From: an uncultured bacterium
GTDB taxonomy: Bacteria > Babelota > Babeliae > Babelales > Babelaceae
Assembly (NCBI GenBank): GCA_963722385.1
Contig: CAVRKK010000002.1
Coordinates: forward strand, 768,001 to 832,000
DNA: 64,000 nt
Direction: 5' to 3'
Of the stretch, positions 59,405 through 64,000 are shown one piece after another (the stretch's first letter is position 1; every line of letters starts with the position of its first letter). Below the pieces are notes generated by a model, which was not told the DNA's origin, searched no databases, and saw only the letters and a list, made by a program, of their open reading frames with translations. A program made the position numbers and the translations under genes.

Positions 59405-59725
59405 GTGAAAACAAAAAGCTTCCGCAAATACCTTGAAGAAAGACTTAATAAAAACGAAATTGCAGATATTGAAGCGCAAGCAGAGCTAGAAACAAAGATT
59501 TTACAGGCAATGCAAAATATTATTGCAGATACTATAGATGATTATCTCAAAAAACATGATATAGGTTTTAATGAGCTCGTTAGAAGGCTAGACTGGAGCC
59601 CCTCCAAAGTTGTAAAAGTACAACGCGGAGAAGCCAACATGACCTTATCAAGCTTAGCGCATTTATTTGCTCTTGTGGGAAAAGATCCTCGAGAAGTTTT
59701 TGTACCTAACAATCGCTCAAAATAA
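59405..59725 (+). CDS. XRE-type HTH antitoxin (HigA-like)
   Basis: ELVRRLDWSPSKV.KVQRGEAN.TLSSL HTH, directly downstream of the toxin. Confidence 0.8.
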   Translation: MKTKSFRKYLEERLNKNEIADIEAQAELETKILQAMQNIIADTIDDYLKKHDIGFNELVRRLDWSPSKVVKVQRGEANMTLSSLAHLFALVGKDPREVFVPNNRSK

Positions 59726-59733
59726 AGCATTAA

Positions 59734-59961
59734 CTATTTATTTTCATGCTGCTCTACAAAGCCCAAGATTTTTGATATTACCGCATATATCGCTTTCTTT
59801 TCATCGACCAGAAATGAGCGTAATGTTGTTGGACTTATCCCCATTTGAACGGCCATCTTAGCAATTGATAGCCCTGCTTTTCTGTTAACAATAAGTAGTC
59901 GCTCGCGTATGGTATCTTGATTCTTTTTATGCAAAAGTTCTTTGTAGCTATACCCTGCTAT
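59734..59961 (-). CDS. Small HTH protein; the start codon reads ATA where the paralogue has ATG
   Basis: Paralogue of 51987-52193. A GGGGA RBS precedes ATA at 59961. Confidence 0.5.
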   Translation of the reverse strand: MAGYSYKELLHKKNQDTIRERLLIVNRKAGLSIAKMAVQMGISPTTLRSFLVDEKKAIYAVISKILGFVEQHENK

Positions 59962-60063
59962 GTTTGTCCCCCTGAGTAATGATCTTAAAGATTCAAAAAA
60001 TTGTATCAAATTATGCGAAAATAAGCAATTTTGTATTATCTCGTAAAATATGTAATTTTTTGC

Positions 60064-60091
60064 TTGACTTTGTTTTGTATTGTTATATAAT
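60064..60091 (+). promoter_or_regulatory. Near-consensus sigma70 promoter
   Basis: TTGACT-N16-TATAAT. Confidence 0.6.
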
Positions 60092-60426
60092 TAACTACGT
60101 CTTTGGTCTAGTACCAAAATAAAACTTGTGGCCAAGTGTCTGAAACATGGCCCGCCTAAACAGCGAAGCCCGCTGTTTAGGCGGGCTTCGCTGTTTCCAG
60201 AAACCATGAATCTCTCATGATTCTGATAAGAAAGGCAACTAAGAATTCTGCTAGAAATTAGCTCATCCTAGCACCATCAGCGTTGAATATTCCGTCTCCT
60301 TGGGAGAATCAGTGATGTCCTAAACGAATTTGCCCATTTTATCGGGCAATCAATGAGGTCTTTACAAATTCGAATTTTGGATTAGAATTTGTAAAAGGGT
60401 TGTTTCTTGAGGAAAAGAGGAAAAAC

Positions 60427-61611
60427 ATGATTATCAAACGAGATATGGCTATAGACTTACGAGAAGCTGCTCAATTTTTACCTGTTATAGCCATTTTAGG
60501 GCCACGTCAGGCAGGTAAAACTACTTTAGCAAAGAAAACTTTTAAGAATCATAAATACGTTAATCTTGAAGAAGTTGATACACGTACTTTTGCTGTTACT
60601 GATCCAAAGGCTTTTCTAAACTTGCATCGTAGTGAGCACGGGCTTATCATTGATGAATTCCAGCATGTTCCTGATCTTCTTTCTTACATACAAGTACTCG
60701 TTGATGATGAAAAAAAGCCAGGCTACTTTATCTTGACAGGCTCCCAAAATTTCCTTATGAACCAAGCTATTACACAAACATTGGCAGGAAGAATTTCAAT
60801 TCATACACTTTTGCCTTTATCAATATCTGAACTTTCAGCAAATTCGCTTCTGCCTGAAGATGTTGAAACGCTTGTTTATCGGGGATGTTATCCCTCAATT
60901 TACGCTACTAACATACCAGCAGATCGCCTATATCCTAGTTACATTCAAACTTATCTTGAGCGAGATGTTCGCCAGCTTAAGCAAATTGAAAACTTAAGCC
61001 TTTTTCAAAAATTTGTCCAACTATGTGCTGGACGTATTGGACAAATTCTTAACCTCTCCTCGTTGGGCAATGACTGTGGCATTAGCGATAATACTGCTCG
61101 GCAGTGGCTATCTATCTTAGAAACAAGTTATATTGTTTTTCTCCTACGCCCTCATCATCAAAATTTCAGTAAGCGGCTAATAAAAAGCCCCAAGCTTTAT
61201 TTTTTTGATACTGGTCTTGCATGTTCGCTACTTCGTATTACGCCTGAACAGTTACCGATGCATTATTTAAAAGGCGGCCTCTTCGAATCCCTTATTATTT
61301 CTGAGTTTTATAAGTACTATTACAATCACGGAAAAATCCCCTATGTCCACTTTTGGCGTGACCATATCGGAAACGAAGTTGACTGTATTTTAGAGGAAAA
61401 TCAGCTTTTGGTCCCAGTAGAAATTAAGGCGGGTTCAACAATCAGCACCTCTTTTTTTAACGGACTTACTTACTGGAATAATCTTGCTCACGCTAATCCG
61501 GCTAATGCCTTTCTTGTATATGCAGGCAGCGAAAACCAAAAAAGATCCTTGGGTACTGTTGTAAGCTGGAATAATACGTCAAATATTTTCAATCTTATTC
61601 AAAAATCTTGA
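60427..61611 (+). CDS. AAA_14 ATPase with DUF4143
   Basis: GPRQAGKTT, IIDEFQ, ILTGS, LAGR, KSPKLYFFDTGL, EVD and VEIK motifs. Confidence 0.9.
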   Translation: MIIKRDMAIDLREAAQFLPVIAILGPRQAGKTTLAKKTFKNHKYVNLEEVDTRTFAVTDPKAFLNLHRSEHGLIIDEFQHVPDLLSYIQVLVDDEKKPGYFILTGSQNFLMNQAITQTLAGRISIHTLLPLSISELSANSLLPEDVETLVYRGCYPSIYATNIPADRLYPSYIQTYLERDVRQLKQIENLSLFQKFVQLCAGRIGQILNLSSLGNDCGISDNTARQWLSILETSYIVFLLRPHHQNFSKRLIKSPKLYFFDTGLACSLLRITPEQLPMHYLKGGLFESLIISEFYKYYYNHGKIPYVHFWRDHIGNEVDCILEENQLLVPVEIKAGSTISTSFFNGLTYWNNLAHANPANAFLVYAGSENQKRSLGTVVSWNNTSNIFNLIQKS

Positions 61612-61827
61612 TTGATAATGCGCCACTCGGGATCACAAGGAAACGGATCATAAATTAGCACAGATGGAACATAAAAACATCCGCGCAGAATACGATTTAG
61701 CATGTCTGTAAATATGTGAAAAAATACAATTCCTATCGACCTCATCGAGCTTTACAATATCTTTCTCCTTTGGAATACTATCATCAAGTCTCGAGAGGCC
61801 TAAATTTTCCTCATATGTATTGAACTA

Positions 61828-62952
61828 TAGGCATCACATTTAGGTTTTAGACTTAAAGCCCAGCAAACTGTACTCAAAGAAAGTGTTATTTAAAAATTCA
61901 GCAAAATCATTTGATATTTGCTTGATATTATCGATGAAACGATTATGTGAAACATTTTTGCGAGCAGCTTTCCAAACCTTCTCTTGCGGGTTTTCTTCAG
62001 GAGCATATGCTGGAAAGTAGATTAAATCGATGTTTTTATCTCCTTTTAAAAATTCCTGGACGGCTGACCCTCGATGCCATCCTGCATTATCCCAAATCAA
62101 AAGCAATCTGCTTTTCGGATAATTACGTCTAAGCTGCTTTAACACATCTACTGTAATATACATGTTTTGTTTTTCTGTGATGAAAGCATGTTCTCGGCCT
62201 GTTTTTATGTTTAAAAACCCATAAAATGACCGATTTTCTCGTTTGCTTGTGACCTCAATTTTAGGGTACTCGCCGGCGGGCAACCAAATTTTTTGGAATG
62301 TTGTTGTTGATGAAAGAATCATTTCGTCAGCAGCGAATATCTCGATCTGATCACTATTCCAGGCTTTTTTAACTACAGGCATTACTTCTTCTTTCCATTT
62401 CTGAACCTGCTGTTCATCACATTTCTGATAAACCTTTCCAGGCTTGTGAAATGTAAAACGCGCTTCTTTAAAAATAAGATACAATGAGGTTTTTGATTTA
62501 TATTTTACATCATATTGCTCGCGAATAAGATGTCCTAATGACCAAGTTGTCCAGTAATCCTCATCAAATCCGTAATCTCGAGGAGTATTATTTTTGAGCG
62601 TCTCTAAAATTTGTGTTCGTTGGCCTTTAGTCAGCAGTGATCGAATCTTTTTTTTACGCTTGTCCCTAATCCCGTCGATTCCTTTCCGCAGAAAATTGTT
62701 TCGCAATGTAAATATTGAACTTCTTTTAAACCCAGTTAGCTCTTCAATAATTCCTAAATCGAATCTTCTATTAAGCATTAAAATCGCTTGGCTACGCAGC
62801 GATTCTTTCGTGTTTGTTTCTTTGTTTTTTGAAAATGCTTTAAGATCTTCAATTTGTGCTTGGTTTAAAACAATCTGTCTTGGCATTTTAAAACACTCCC
62901 TTTTGCCAAAACAGTTTACCGTTTTTAGTCTATTTTTAAAGTGTGATGTCTA
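61828..62952 (-). mobile_element. IS630-family element with a TA target duplication
   Basis: Inverted repeats TAGGCATCACA..TAGACT and AGTCTA..TGTGATGTCTA, flanked by TA on both sides. Confidence 0.88.
61840..62886 (-). CDS. IS630 transposase
   Basis: HTH, WT..L, ADE, WDNAGWH and PAYAPEENPQE..W motifs. Confidence 0.93.
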   Translation of the reverse strand: MPRQIVLNQAQIEDLKAFSKNKETNTKESLRSQAILMLNRRFDLGIIEELTGFKRSSIFTLRNNFLRKGIDGIRDKRKKKIRSLLTKGQRTQILETLKNNTPRDYGFDEDYWTTWSLGHLIREQYDVKYKSKTSLYLIFKEARFTFHKPGKVYQKCDEQQVQKWKEEVMPVVKKAWNSDQIEIFAADEMILSSTTTFQKIWLPAGEYPKIEVTSKRENRSFYGFLNIKTGREHAFITEKQNMYITVDVLKQLRRNYPKSRLLLIWDNAGWHRGSAVQEFLKGDKNIDLIYFPAYAPEENPQEKVWKAARKNVSHNRFIDNIKQISNDFAEFLNNTFFEYSLLGFKSKT

Positions 62953-63914
62953 TAGAGAAATTTATCACAAAGCCAAAAATTTTTCAAAGAACTCTTGGCT
63001 TGAATTTTAAACAATTTCAGTTGCTCGTGAATAATTTAAAGCCATTATGGGCAACAGCGGAAGAAAGCAGAAAGGCGCATAAGGTGCGTAAACGAAAGAT
63101 TGGAGGAGGCCGCCTATATCACTGCAAAACATTAACTGAAATGGTGATAATAGTGCTGTTGTACTACAAAGCTTATGTGACACAAGAATTTGTTGGGTTA
63201 ATGGTAGGCTTGGACCAAGGAAATATATCAAGATTACTCAAAAAAATGCTGCCTCTGATTGAACAAGCAGCGGATCCGGAATTAGCCAGATATTTGGCAA
63301 ACGCAAAAGAAGAATTTGCGAAAATTCCCGTACAAAACCGGATTAACGAATGGAACGCTTTTTTGAAAAAATACCCTGATCTAAAGGAAGCATCTACAGA
63401 TGCTACTGAACAGCAATGTTATCGTTCGACTGATTACGAAATGCAAAAGAAGCATTACTCAGGCAAAATAAAGACGCATTCGCTGAAAACGCAGATTTCG
63501 GTTTCGCAAACAGGACGCATTCTTGATATATCAAAAACGGTTCCCGGCAGCATACATGATAAAAAGCTTGCCGATGATGAGCATACGGTAGAAAGGTTCC
63601 CAGAAAAGACCGCTCAACGCTTGGATTCAGGATATCAGGGTATTGCAACAGAAAATCCAGCTTTCTACATCATTCTCCCTCACAAAAAACAGCGCGGCAA
63701 AGAGCTTTCTCCGCAAGCAAAAGAGCTTAATCACGCGCACAATAAAAGACGTGTTATTGTTGAAAATGTGTTATCGCGCATAAAAAAATTCAAAATTTGT
63801 TCCGGATTATACCGAGGTGTTATTAACGATTATAACTCTTTATTCAGAAACATTGCTGCATTGGTTAATTTCAGATTAGCTACCGCTTTTATAACAATGG
63901 TTCGGACAAGTTAA
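62943..63914 (+). CDS. IS5-family (ISL2-like, DDE_Tnp_4) transposase
   Basis: DATEQ, YSGK.K.H..K.Q, GS.HD, DSGYQG and RVIVENV..RIKKF motifs. Confidence 0.88.
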   Translation: MMSIEKFITKPKIFQRTLGLNFKQFQLLVNNLKPLWATAEESRKAHKVRKRKIGGGRLYHCKTLTEMVIIVLLYYKAYVTQEFVGLMVGLDQGNISRLLKKMLPLIEQAADPELARYLANAKEEFAKIPVQNRINEWNAFLKKYPDLKEASTDATEQQCYRSTDYEMQKKHYSGKIKTHSLKTQISVSQTGRILDISKTVPGSIHDKKLADDEHTVERFPEKTAQRLDSGYQGIATENPAFYIILPHKKQRGKELSPQAKELNHAHNKRRVIVENVLSRIKKFKICSGLYRGVINDYNSLFRNIAALVNFRLATAFITMVRTS

Positions 63915-64000
63915 CCATGGATAGACCCAAGACTCAGGGCTTGATTATAGGCTGGATGTGATTTAAATTCAAGTAAGTTCAAACCAAAGATTGAAAAAAA

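Larger units (their letters stand above)
51935..64000. mobile_element. Decaying AT-rich genomic island, continuing beyond the window
   Basis: Visible composition shift after ftsY, a tRNA 3'-end-like 19-mer at the border, TA pairs, resolvase remnants, three IS elements and internal duplications. Confidence 0.75.

Noticed and set aside
1..64000. CRISPR array, rRNA or complete tRNA
   Set aside because: No regularly spaced identical repeats with spacers and no full cloverleaf or rRNA-like stretch were seen by eye.

Overview
This is a 64 kb bacterial chromosome segment. Its signal-peptide-bearing ankyrin proteins, many small exported orphans and compact housekeeping operons resemble an intracellular parasite of protists such as Candidatus Dependentiae/Babelota (TM6); that taxonomy is inference. 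Positions 1-51.9 kb are core chromosome: a type II secretion locus with two large secretins (gspC-gspD-gspL-gspM-gspD), mlaEF, secG, a LigD-type ligase, rnhB, rpsF/rpsR, typA, truA, rsmE, lon, tyrS, mutL, prmC and ftsY. Between these lie many enzymes and repeat proteins with N-terminal signal peptides (flavin oxidoreductase, C39-like peptidase, GNAT, Nudix, HipA/PI4K-like kinase, three ankyrin genes). Three full-length proteins lack their family's catalytic residues: an enolase homologue next to the T2SS, an M50 site-2 protease homologue and a LexA/cI-type S24 regulator. Two intergenic regions share a structured, covarying palindromic repeat family. From about 51.9 kb to the end is a visibly AT-richer, decaying island that starts at a probable tRNA 3'-end att remnant. 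It holds two type II TA pairs, two AAA ATPases, broken serine resolvase copies and three IS transposases. No rRNA, complete tRNA or CRISPR array was seen. All family calls come from motif recognition by eye, without database searches.
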